From contig NC_068982.1 in NCBI RefSeq assembly GCF_001194135.2, positions 123,567,997-123,631,996 on the forward strand: a stretch of 64,000 nt of DNA, written 5' to 3'. Under the pieces are notes generated by a model. It was not told where the DNA came from and ran no database searches. It saw only the letters and a list, made by a program, of their open reading frames with translations. Every line of letters starts with the position of its first letter. Within the stretch, counting starts at the first letter, position 1. Source of the stretch: Octopus bimaculoides (Eukaryota). The position numbers and the translations under genes were made by a program. This document shows positions 13,773 to 25,868 of the stretch, piece by piece.

Positions 13773-14747
13773 GGATCTAGTTCAAAACGGGGGCACCAGT
13801 TTTCATTTATGTTTTATGTAGTGTTTTTGGTACCGAAAGACTTTCAAACTTCGTATACTTATCTATTTTGTGTTATAGAACAGAAAAAAAATTTTTGTAT
13901 TCGAAGTTATTTCATGTAAAAAATTGTCTTATTTCGATAATTTCAACCAATCACTGACAAGTATTCAGCTGTTTATAGTTACTCCTTTGGCAGTTTAAGC
14001 GGTGTAAAGCGTATTTAATCTCCATTACTTCTGACATTTTGCAGAGAGGCAACACACGTGTGTTCGTTTTCCTTCGTTTTATTTTTAATATAATTTCGTT
14101 AACATCTGCCTGAACTGTATGTGTACAACATTTGCCCTAACCCTAACCCTTCTCTCAAAAACCAGGCCTTGTGCTTATAATAGAAAGGTTTATTAGCTAC
14201 TGCCAATATGCTTCAGCCATTTTTTGACAAGGAAATAATAATTTTATCACCGCCAGAATCGTTTGAGAAACGTTTGTTTACGTAGTCAGCACTTACTGTA
14301 TTCGGCTGAATGGACGTCAGTCATTGGTTGAAATTACAGAAATACGACAACTTTAACATGAAATAAGTTGCAATATAATAATTTTTCTTAAGAAGACTAA
14401 GAGAAAAAGATGTTTTATGACACATTCTGATAATCTTCAAGTTTAGGGGGATAAAAAAATAAATAAAAATATTTAAGGGAAATAACTGAACGACTTACCA
14501 GTATTATCCGTTTTCTTCTAGCTGTTTATAAATAAATCACACCCTAACCCTAACGTCAATCAAATCACGTGTGTGATTTATTTATAAACAGAGATGTACG
14601 GAGAATACTGGTAAGACGTTCAGTTACTTCCCTTGAATATTTTTAGTTATCCCCCTAAACTTGAAGATTACCCACATTCTACCAGTGTCCCAAGTTTCAA
14701 AGAATTTCGTTAAGAAAATACTGGCGCCCCCGTTTTGAACTAGATCC
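13773..14747. mobile_element. Non-autonomous DNA transposon (Merlin-like foldback), 975 bp
   Basis: 28-bp TIRs GGATCTAGTTCAAAACGGGGGC(A/G)CCAGT with 1 mismatch. Exact 8-bp TSD AAAAGATG at 13765-13772 and 14748-14755. Two internal hairpins. Confidence 0.88.
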
Positions 14748-14766
14748 AAAAGATGTATATCCAGTT

Positions 14767-15413
14767 CTATAATATCGTAAATAAGAAAATATTACATTTT
14801 CCCCACCATTTCCGAAGGTTTAATAATGACTTCGCTGAGTGATACTCGACGCTTTCCTCCACGCGGACTTTTCGGTACTACTTGAGTGGACCCGACGCGC
14901 GCATCCGCGCTATAGGCCCAATGTCAGAATCGAGTAAACATTAACAGCATAATCTCAAAGCGACCTTACCAAACCGTATAATTTGGCGAATTATTTGTTA
15001 GTAACAATATATTTGCACTGCGCTAACGAAATCTATAAGCGAATCCTTACAATTCTGTCGCTACCATTTTCTTGGAATTGGACATTGCAATACTAAATAT
15101 GTTTGTCCAACAACGACATTACACTCGCTTGATTTGATTGACCAGTTGCCGTTCTGTGGGGTTTTGATTTCTAAGAATCATCTCTCCTTGATTGTATTTC
15201 TTCTTTCCAAACAACAGTGATTCATCAATCTGAAATGCACACAAACAACGATACATCTCGAGATGGATTCATTGGTCCAATCATATTGATCATCATAGAG
15301 TTCTGTCATAAGTCTGAACCTATCAACTCGCTCTCAACGTCAGTGTTCGCCACTATTGTTTATATTGGATCGCGTTTGTTGATCCAGCACCACATGTGCA
15401 GCGCTTCTACTAG
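14767..15413 (-). pseudogene. Fossil Merlin/IS1595-like DDE transposase fragment
   Basis: Minus-strand motifs occur in the expected order: DRFRLMTELY (15324-15295), QIDESLLFGKKKYNQGE (15232-15182), VYS..WAY (14939-14909) and ESVEYHSAK...RKWWGKCNIF. Interrupted by frameshifts and stops. Confidence 0.75.
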
Positions 15414-18400
15414 AGAGTGCTTAGATTGCCCTGTTGCTTGGTGATAAAAATAAAAGCAAAGCAAACTTTGTTAGAAGAGAGAACTTTATTCTAGCAACTA
15501 GAAGTTGTATTGAGCTCTCAGCTTGGCTGCAATTTGAAATGTTATATTTCTAATTTTGAATCTTTATTTGAACGTAACCCCAAGTGTAGTCTAACGTAAT
15601 TACATAATACTTTTGTCTGATGCCAAACGTTCATATTATGGGTGATTGAAAGTTAAATAGAATCCTGCCATTTATGCTTTTAAAATAAATTTGTCTGTAG
15701 AATAGAACAAATTAAGAACTCTATCTCTGCCAAAAGTTTGATTGACCGAATATCAGCAGCTGTTTTGTTTTTTTGTCTGGCCAAGAATTCTTTTTTCAAT
15801 TTAATTGGTTAAATAAAGGCAATATTTGAAATTGTTGTCATAATTTTTTTAAAATTTTTTTGAGGTAAAATATGAAAAATAAATTTTAGTCTTATGTGCT
15901 ACGGTTGTCACGAACCAACAGCGGAACCCCTACGTGGTCCTACTCTTCATTGTTAATTACATTTGATAAAATGTGTTTTTTTTTTCATTGAATATATTGC
16001 ATAAAATAGCTTTCTTGTGATCTAAAAATTAAACACCATAATTTATTTTGTTTTGTCCCAGTATTCCAGCTGTGATTTCTTGAATGAAAAATAATCTAGA
16101 ACTACATTTAGTGATTTTTTTTTTTTAGTTAGGGTTTGACATGAGGTAAATGAGGCTGATATAATCAACAGGTTTTATTGATGACGAAGGCGCATGTTCA
16201 ATAAATGCTTTCGTCACGGAAAAGAACGAAGCCTATTCATTAATGAACATTCTTGTAATAATTTATATAAATTTAATTTTTGACATCATGGAGCCAGTGG
16301 AATTGCGACTTGCCATCTATCTCATGGGATGTCGCTGATAGATTTTTTTCGCGCCATAAGCCCATCTAAAATACTGCATTAGAGGTAGACTGTTGCTGAA
16401 TGATATTAAAATTCTGACATGTCGTAATTTGGTGATGACTAATATTTTTTAACTTAGGGCAATTTGATATGTTCGCTTGGAGCGGGGCTGCTGACAACGA
16501 AGTTTATGTCATCGTTAGCGTCTCGTCTTACAGACGACATATCAGGTGATGACGATGCTAGTGCGAGTGCATCCTGTAATGCCGTCTATATTTTGTGTTG
16601 CCATATTTTTGTAGGGATATAGTGAGATTCCCTTCAGAATTAAGGATGCTTTTTTTTTCTTTTCTCAAATTGTTGTTCATTTACTGTTGTCCTTCTGAAT
16701 GAAACTTAATGTATTTTTATTTAAGATTTCTATTCCTTACGTCATAAAAAATGTGAAAGAAAAATTTAAATTATCGCAGCTGTTCTTCCATATCCCATCT
16801 TAGGAAATGGAAGCGGGAGTAAATTTTTTTTAAAGAATTATAACAGGAATACTTGAAAAAAAAATGAGAGAAAAAAAAAAAATCGTCCCATGAGTTACGT
16901 CATTTTGAGAGGCAGCTATTCCAAAATTGTGCTTAAAAAATCTACATTTTATGTACATAAAATTGTTCATCTACATTAAAAAAAACAAAAAAAACACCTG
17001 AAGATTGTAATGTTTTAAGTGTAGCGTGTCCCTTATGTTAAAACAAGCTGACTGACACTCAGTAAAAAAAAAAAAATCTTCCGCGACTAAACTTGTCATT
17101 AATGATTATTTAAAAAAAATTCAATTTTGAAAAGACAAAAAAATCTAATTATGTTGACGTTTATACTGGGTCATCATTTGGTTAAATTTTGGTAATGGCG
17201 TTGGGTGTTTAGAAATAAATCCGTCCTTGTAAAAATATTAGTCGTCCATTAACCACGTGTTGATAAAAACAAAACAAACTGCCAATCAACTTGACAGCAA
17301 CAATTACTTGTGAAAATACAGAATAATGTAAACTTCGTAAAATCTATTGCTTTAATTTCTAATTTAATTGTGGTGAAGACCAACATTGCATTGCTATTAG
17401 AATTAGCATTAAATGTATATATTTTATAAGCCATGGCAACCAGTCTGTAACCGCAACTCTTCATTTAAGAAGAATACTTCTGTTAATATTCCTCTTTTGC
17501 GCGCTTACAGAAAGGCACAGTAAAGCAGCAAGTAGCTAGCTATGTTCAGATTTTTATCTCGCTATCGTATATAGTAGTATACATTTCAAGTTGAAAAAAT
17601 TCTTTGAAGTGTTAGCGAAAACCCAATGTAAATTTTCATCACAAAATGGATTTTTTTTTCTATTCATTGAAAACAGACGTGACAGTTGCTTCGTGGTAGT
17701 GGGGATTTTTTTAATGTATTAAAATGGCTCCGGGAACGAAGCATTTTTTTTTTTTTATATAATGCATGCATATTTTATGCAGAAAGAATTGCTGTCATAT
17801 GCTAGTTTTGTATGCGTTTTGAACAATAGAAAAATAACTTTCGTATCGCCTCAATACGCTAGAAAGTTGGGTGATATGGGAACTTGAATTTTTATTAGTA
17901 CCATAATAATCATAGTTTTATCGACTGTTCAGTTCGATCGATCTAGTGTTCAAATCTTCAATGATCAATCGTCTTTAAAATGGATTACCACGTGGTTTCA
18001 AGTTATAAATCTAGACAGCATGCTCACGAGGAAGAGATGGCAACGAGCCAACGGAGAATCTACACGGTCGCTTAACCAGCTAGATATAACAGTAAAATTA
18101 GTTGTATCACATCTACCTTAACAGTGAAAGAATAGATTGGACAATGTAGACTTCGCAATGTGAACAGATAGGATGGTCTCGGTTGGAATATCTTTGATTA
18201 TATAAGCCTGTTCGATGAGGCTTAAATGATAGGCTACAGCTAGGATAATGTTTAATCATTTTCCAGTACGTTACGCATCCATATAATGGCTGTTTCACAG
18301 CTCCCTTCATAGTATATGCCTGTTCAAGTACAGCCTTACCCACGCTTGGTATAATAATAGAAGTACTCTTACGGCAAAGAAGGGCTGGTTTAATTGGTTT

Positions 18401-19358
18401 TGTAAGGTTATGTAAATAACTTAAAACAGCTTATCAAAGCACTGAAACTATTTTATTAGATCCCCTCTTCCATCACTCTTCACCATTCTAGTAATCCATC
18501 TTAAGTCTAAATTATTTTTGTAACACTTGACATAGCAGAGTGTTTTGCTGCACTTATAGAGTACTTTCTCTGTGACTTAACCAATTTAATCTGTTAGAAT
18601 TACTGATGTCTTTGTGAAAGATTAATTCAGTTAAAAGATTTTGATTGGGCTACCATTGTGACTATTTTAGGTATAATTTTACTGGATTTTGAGATACTAA
18701 AACTTTTCTTTATTAAAGATGCTTCTAGTGTTCCATTTCTTTATTTCATGTCATGTTAAGCGACTGTTCTTATGTTAAAAGGCCTCTTATAGTACTGTAG
18801 GTCTGCTTTGCTTGTTACTTTGAATTAAGAAGGGTTTCTAGTTTTATTTATACTTTTTTCATGGGAGAAGGCAATGCCTATAACCCTCTCGACAGGTGGG
18901 AAAGAGGACTATCCTTAAACTGGAAACCTATCTTGAATGCTTGCAACAGATGGGAGTTCCACTAAGGGCATCCAAGTTGCCAGGCAATGTTGTGTCACTG
19001 ATCCATGGATTAAGTTGACAACTAAAATACGTCATGGTGATAAAATTTAAATTTAGAACACTAACAGTCCAAGCAAATAGCAAGTACAAGGCATTTGGTT
19101 CAACATTGTCAGCATTATACCAATTCACCATCTAGAGTTTGTTAGTTCATGATGTACCCTCTTGTCTGTTGGGTTGTTACGAACTTGACATGTATATTCT
19201 ATTGTGATGGCATATGGTGATTGAATTTGCAATATATAGTCAATTTCCAATCATCACAACCCTGCTATACCTCTTTAGTCAGATCTTTCCTCAGTACTTG
19301 TCTAAGTTTTTGGTCTATTCCAACATTAGGAGCCTTTGCCAACATACAACTCTTTTTT

Positions 19359-19407
<49 letters not shown>

Positions 19408-19544
19408 NNNNNNNNNNTACCCGCTCCCATTGATTGCACCTAGTATAGCACTAGTGTAGCAATAATTGGGTACCCTCCCAGCAGTATACTGGATAGATAC
19501 TATCCCTTAGTGGGTTGTACCCCCAACCCTTAACTCTCTCACGT

Positions 19545-19578
<34 letters not shown>

Positions 19579-19835
19579 ATCTCATATACACTTCATGTTC
19601 ACTGTCATCATAAGTTGTTTACGTATACTCAACTTTCTCTTAGAGCAGTAGACTCTATAAGCATGGGACAATAGTCAAAAGTACTTTTCTAGGTCAATGA
19701 ATATGTTATTGTTCTCAGTTATAAATTCAGTAATCTCACTATAAGTAGCAACTGTAATTTAATGTCCAGACAGAAACCATGTTTTCCAGTACAGTGATAC
19801 TTTTTACCAATTTTGAAATTAATTCATCAGCTTAA

Positions 19836-20187
19836 CCCCTCAGAACCCCAGTGGCCGCTATTCCAGCTGCCAGCCGCAGGTAGATACCGCAGGTTGTACT
19901 GTTTACAAATACCCCAGCAGCTGTTTTACCAGCCAGTATTTTCTGCATTGGAAAACCAGACAGTAACTGTTGATTTGACTGGCAGAAGTGCCAGTATTGG
20001 TGACCAAAAAAAAAAAAGCGGTAAGGGCAATGTTGCCTTCTATTTGGCATTTTATTTCAATATGAGAGACAGAAAATACATTTTAATGACACTGAATATT
20101 AAATAGGAAATAATTTGTTTTTGCTCTTTTATCCAGGGAAGCTGGGGTGAGGGTGCTGAGGGCACTGGGTATCTGGGGTTCAAAGGG
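19836..20187. mobile_element. piggyBac-type MITE
   Basis: TTAA on both flanks; termini ccc(c)tcagaaccccag / ctggggttcaaaggg. Confidence 0.75.
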
Positions 20188-21768
20188 TTAAGGTCTGTAA
20201 TTTCTCTTGGTGCATTTTGTTTTGGTAGCAGTTGACAGTAGTGTTGCTGTCATGCCAGTCATTGAGAATGTTCCAGGATACGAACTTCCTACTTTAAATT
20301 AAAACCGTCCATTGAAATTTAATGTTAATATTCCGAAGATTAGCTTAATAACGTTGTTCTAAACTCTTTGTTATTTCCAAAACTGAAGTAAAAGTGTATG
20401 CCAACAGAAATATGGTAACAAATGGGTTAACTAACTTGTATACAACCAGTTCATCCATGAGGAGGCTTGCAGCTTTCAATGTTTAGATCTCTTGCAATCA
20501 GGATGACCAACATAAAAGATTATAGAATTGACTTCACATACCCAGTGATTAACAGCAAGCCCAGTTTTAGTGAGAGTAATCATAAATATCTTAGTGTTTC
20601 TTTGAGATCATTGATATACAAACATGGAGGTTATAATCTTGTTAAGCAGTAAAAACCCTCCTAGTGAATGTCTTTTTCTGTTTTGTTTTTTTTTAACTTC
20701 CAACTTAGTGACACTATATCTTGAATTAATACAAATGAACAAGTATCAACATGACTATATATATCTCGGTTCTGATAGATGCACTCATAACAGCAAGGCT
20801 AGAGCAAAGTAGTTCCACAATGGCCAACTAACTTAATGAATAGATTGGTTGGTTTTGCTTGAAAAACCCAATTAAAATTTTGTGAACTGTAAGTTTTGCA
20901 CCTGGAATATACTTTACTTGAGATGTTCTGGGAATATACTTTGTTTAGATGTTACATTTGATTTAAAAGAATTTTTTTTTTTTATACCTAATCCTTTGTG
21001 TGATTAGGGATTTCTATTGGTGGCCTTACTAGATTGTGATGTACTTAATTTCCTTGTTTTGGTGGGGGTTTTGTATGACGGTTCTTGTCACATGTTTATT
21101 TATTCACTTTTTTCTTTCTTTTGTACATATTCTGACATGAAGAGTAGATCATTGAGGCGTTATAGAATTTTATATTATTGTCTTGTGAGTTGGTTTATGA
21201 TATGTGATTTAAGATAATGTTCAGTGTTTACAGACTAGCAAAATTCTTTGAATATCAGTCTTTCAGTATTTGTTCTAGGATCAACAAGTTTAAATCCTAT
21301 GGTCAGTTTTCCTTTTAATCCTTTTGGGATTGGTAAAATATAATAAAATACTGGGTAAGTGCTGATATTAATATAATAAACTAACCTTTTCCCCTCAGAA
21401 TTGCTGGCTTTGTGCCTCACAGATCATTATTTTATGCCATTTTTCTGTTCTGATATGCTTGTTCAAGTCAATTCACATTCGGTTACCACTCTCTTAGGCA
21501 GTTTGTTGACCATGATCTTGCTGATTATCATTGTTTTAATGTCCATTTTTTCCCTCTTTGGATGGGTATGACAGAGTTAATTGTAGATTTTCTATGGCCA
21601 GATGCTCTTCCAGCTGCCAAGCCATATCTATTTGGTAATATTTCCAAGCAAGTTAATATTTCCCCATTATCAGACATTTTGCAAAATTGGTATTGTCTGA
21701 CATTATTTAACAGTAACATAAGCTTTATGACTATCAAAGTGAGACACGTATATCTCTCTCTAAATATA

Positions 21769-21894
21769 CAGGGTGTCCACAAAGTCTGGCTACATGGAGT
21801 AAATAGAATCGTAACGTAAACAATTAAATATAAGAATAATAATTTCTTAAAGTATGTGTTAATCCCCATGTACCCAGACTTTGTGGACACCCTG
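21769..21894. mobile_element. mariner-type MITE, 126 bp
   Basis: TIRs cagggtgtccacaaagtctgg / ccagactttgtggacaccctg, with TA flanks. Confidence 0.88.
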
Positions 21895-23059
21895 TATATT
21901 ACATATAGTCTCAAATTCACTCACAAGTCTTTGGTTGGCTTTGCCAGCCACTTCACACAGAAATGTTGGCTGCATCTTATCACACCAGTGTGGGAAATGT
22001 CTCTGTTCACCAGCACCAAAAAGGTCTCTCTTTCTCTTTGCAATTCTGAAAGGAGTCTCTTCCTTGCCCTAACTCCATTTGTTTCTTTGTCACACAGCTG
22101 TTTGAGAAGAGAGCCAGGTCAAGAGGGTAATAGAATAAATATTTGGAAATCCTCTCTCTTAGCTTCCCAGCCATTGTCAGTTGTCAGATGTTGACAACAT
22201 AATAAACCTGACAAGTTAATGGATATTAGAATATACACAGTTTGTATGTTCTGGTATCCATTAACCTGTCATGTTAACCATGCTATTTACCTGTTGTGAA
22301 AAATCTAAATTGTTAGTTTGTTTACACACTGACTGACCAGTTCAAAGCTTGAACTTTCCTGGAATTAAAACTTACCCCAGTTTCCAGGTTAGAAGTGGTT
22401 GGAGATTATGTATCAACAGTGAGTTATATTCCTACTTTTCATTTGGATGAGCTTGTTGATAGCTAAAGCAGAAACATTAGGTGAAAAGCTACTGCATTCT
22501 GCAAGTTGGCTCTTCTGTTTGATCATGTATCTTACCTGCTGTTATGTGCTACAGTTCAGGTTGTATATAATCTGAGGATGTTCTGCATTATACCAGCAAA
22601 GACTAGACTTTCGGTCTAGTAATTAATGTGAGTGTTTATTTTGATGTGTAGCTTTGTTAAACACCATAAGGCTATAAGGCCAGATTAATAGCAGCATGGC
22701 GAAGGCATAGTGATGTCAGTTTCTTTACAATTCAGTGTACTTTTAGATTATGAACCTGCATTTGAGCAATAGCTAATATGTAATATACTTTAATATGATA
22801 TAGAACTTCAACTCTAAAAGATGAACAAAATTTAACCTGGTCAAATGCCTTGTTTTTACCCCAAATACATCACTCTTTGATTAATTGGAATAGTAAACCT
22901 TTATCAGGTGGCAGAATATTTGTTCCGGTGTTATTCCAGGTGACAGTGTGTGCAACACAAAAATTGCTTGCTAAGTCTTCAAAGACTCGCTGATGGTGGG
23001 GAAAAAAATCAACTGATCATGGAGACCATCATGCTTTAAATATGTAAATGCATTTGTAG

Positions 23060-23400
23060 CATAATGAAATTGGTCCAGGGGAATAATGTAACTCTTTGAA
23101 ATGTCATTGATCAGTACTGATATAGTTATACATAGTCCAATTTGCCTTTGATAGCAGAATTAAAACTAGTGCTGTATAGATTAGGGTGGGCGTCCAATAT
23201 TCTGAATGCTTGAAATATACATGAAGCAACTAAGACCAGCTTTGAAGATCTCGGCATTGTTACTTTTTAAGTACTTTGGATTCTTGTTTTGGTGATCACT
23301 CCCTTAATTTCACCTTTAGTTAGACAAATGAACACAGTATTAAGATGTGTCTCACTGTTGGTACAGCAATACTTGTATGATCATGGTTAAGCATTTTCTC
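23060..23400 (-). mobile_element. Decayed LINE reverse-transcriptase fragment
   Basis: Minus-strand AEIFKAG followed by KG...YNY remnants typical of the RT N-terminus of RTE/CR1-like LINEs; many stops. Confidence 0.45.
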
Positions 23401-23646
23401 AATGCTGTTATATGGATAGATATGTCTGCCAGAACAACTCAACTGGCAAAAATTGAGAAGACTTACAGCTACTTCCAGCCCTACAAGAAGATATTTGTGA
23501 GTTAAAATTGATGTTGCAGGTAACCCATATACAAGATTTCATTGTAAAAATATGTGTAACTATCTTTTTTTGATATGCTCTATAAGTTAACAATAAAGCA
23601 AAAATATTTAGTCTTTGTATAATTAATTTTTTTTTTTCACAAACAG

Positions 23647-23710
23647 TTAAGATATAATCTTACTCCCACTTGTATGTGGAGTTTCATACATCATTTCCTG
23701 CCCATGCCAG
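23647..23710 (+). other. IVNS1ABP: Probable upstream (5'UTR or coding) exon of IVNS1ABP
   Basis: Poly-T tract plus cacaaacag acceptor and a CAG|GTAAGC donor. The exon is stop-free and joins 25568 in frame. No transcript evidence is available. Confidence 0.6.
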
Positions 23711-23899
23711 GTAAGCTGGGGCAGGTTTTGTAAGAAACTTTTTTTGTGACTATGAAACGTGAATCTGACCTATTTAATAATTAAATAAAAGGATGTTTTG
23801 TCAGGCATATTGGATACAATCGGTAAATACTTTTAAGTTAGGATTTCAGAAAGGCACATGCTGTGCAATGTGTGAGAGAAAATTACAGAAGAAACGAAC

Positions 23900-24095
23900 A
23901 ACTGGATCAAGTTATGGAGACAACTGATCCATGACGGGGGGGGGGGGGCTTCATGCCTGGATACTATCTTCTGAGTGAGGCAACTGCAGGAGAAATACAT
24001 GGTTTAGAGTAGATCACTATTCTTGGCATCTGTTGACTTGGAAGGCTACTAAGGAAGCTAGGTGAGGGCTGTGCATGCCGTGAACAGATAAAATA
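23900..24095 (+). mobile_element. RTE LINE reverse-transcriptase fragment
   Basis: GFMPG and VRQLQEKYMV*SRSLFLASVDLE match RTE RT GFMPG...VRQLQEKY...LAFVDLEKAF. Confidence 0.75.
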
Positions 24096-25581
24096 AGGAG
24101 TCAGCAACCTTTTTCAGTGATGAATTTAGCATGGGGGTATCTTCTGTTGCACTGTTTGCAAACTGTACATTACAAATTGTAATATCTTTTATTTAAAAAT
24201 CTGACAATAATTGAGCTATTTTCTATGCTATTAATAAGCATGTTAGAATGCTTAACAAACAGTCCCCATAACAGCACTTCTATTCAGATCTGTGAATTTG
24301 TTTTCTTTTCATCTGTTTTAGATGCTCTCCTTCCCCTAATAAACTATGATAAAGGCTTCTCTCTTGCGAGAAGAGTTCAATCATATAAAGTGGAACTGAT
24401 TGTGGGATGAAGGATAGCTTGTTTTTGCTATAGTAGCATGGTAATTGGCAGAAAAAAAGATAAAGTCATAGGAATCACCAGCTAAAATCTCAGAATTTTA
24501 TAATACAAAGTTGAGAAGCATGAAAAAAAAAAAAAAAGATTGTATTGCAGTAGTGATAGTAGGGAAAAACAGGTAGTTTTGTGTGTGTATGTGCACACAG
24601 ATAGCTGGTGATTGAAAATCAGGGCATGGAAACAGCATATATGTATATTTATAGTCTACTCTTGTGTTGTTTAGGAGGAAGGGATTGTGACCATGGTCCT
24701 TGCTTACCCTCTTAGGCAGAAAGTTCGTGTTCTCCTTCAGATGTTGGAAAACAACAGTTAAAGGGGAAAATATTGTGAAGAAGGACTTTGATAATGATTA
24801 GTTGCTTGAGGAAAGGTGATATGAGATGGAGCAGAGGTCACTGAAGGTCACTACATTCCCCCTGTTCATTATAGTAAATTTACAACAAATTATTGTGTTG
24901 TTGGCCATGTTCAACTAGGAATATCACTGTTCAGAAGTAACATTTCTGTACTCGAGAATTAAAGTTCAAGAAATAATCGTCTGCTAAGTTTGTGACACAT
25001 CAGTAAAACTTAATAAGGATTATGCAAAAGATTTTGAAAATAGCCTGTTTCTTGTCAGCTTATCATGCATACCTTCAGCAGCTGAGTCAGCAGCTGCATT
25101 CCAATCTTCCCCAGCATTGGTTGCTTATATATTAATAGTATCTAACAGGCTGCTGAGGTATATGAGCTTTAGAAAGGTCTCTGTCTAGACGCTTCTTCTA
25201 CAATCTGGCATTGCTTTTACTGTCTCTAAAACTTTACAATGAAGGTATTGAATGATTTTTTAAACCCCAGTAATTCTGAAGGTGCACAAAATAATTATGA
25301 TGGTAAGTTCTCCTTTTTCAGTTTTTCAGATGTTCATCAGGATATTGTATTTTTGCCCCTTTGTGTACTTTATATATTAAGCTAACATTCATTTACTCAC
25401 ACATAATGTCCATAAGTCTGCTATTTTTTTTTATTGTGAAGTTTCTTTAGTTTTGAGAGTCTTCAGGTAATCCTGTTTTTGTTTTAAAAAAAAAATTGTC
25501 ACAAAATCTGAATTGCTTCTGTTTTGTATAATTTCATTTTTTTTATCTTATTACATTTTTTTTTCAGATTCCCTTGACATC

Positions 25582-25868
25582 ATGGATGTAGATAATGAAG
25601 GCATTGAAAAGGAGATGGTTTTTGTTGATAACAATCACCATAAAGATTTGCTGTCATCTTTAAATTTGTTACAGAAAAATGGACAGTTCTGTGATGTAAA
25701 GCTGGTAGTTGGAAAGCATGAAATCTCTGCTCATAAAGCTGTTATGGCTGCTGTCAGCACTTATTTTTTCAATCTGTTTACCACAAAAGATTCAGCTAAT
25801 ATGTATGAATTAACTGATGTTGATTATGAAAGTTTCCAACACTTACTTAATTATGCCTACACTGGACG
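25582..25868 (+). CDS. IVNS1ABP: IVNS1ABP-like BTB-Kelch protein, coding exon 1 (BTB domain N-part)
   Basis: Acceptor ttttcag ends at 25567; ATG at 25582 (atcATGg). Translates MDVDNEG...LNLLQKNGQFCDVKLVVGKHEISAHKAVMAAVSTYFFNLF...LLNYAYTG, a classic BTB motif. Donor cg|gtaagt, phase 2. Confidence 0.93.

Noticed and set aside
12428-14553. Telomere or interstitial telomeric array
   Set aside because: There are only 2-3 units at each site, all inside transposon hairpins.
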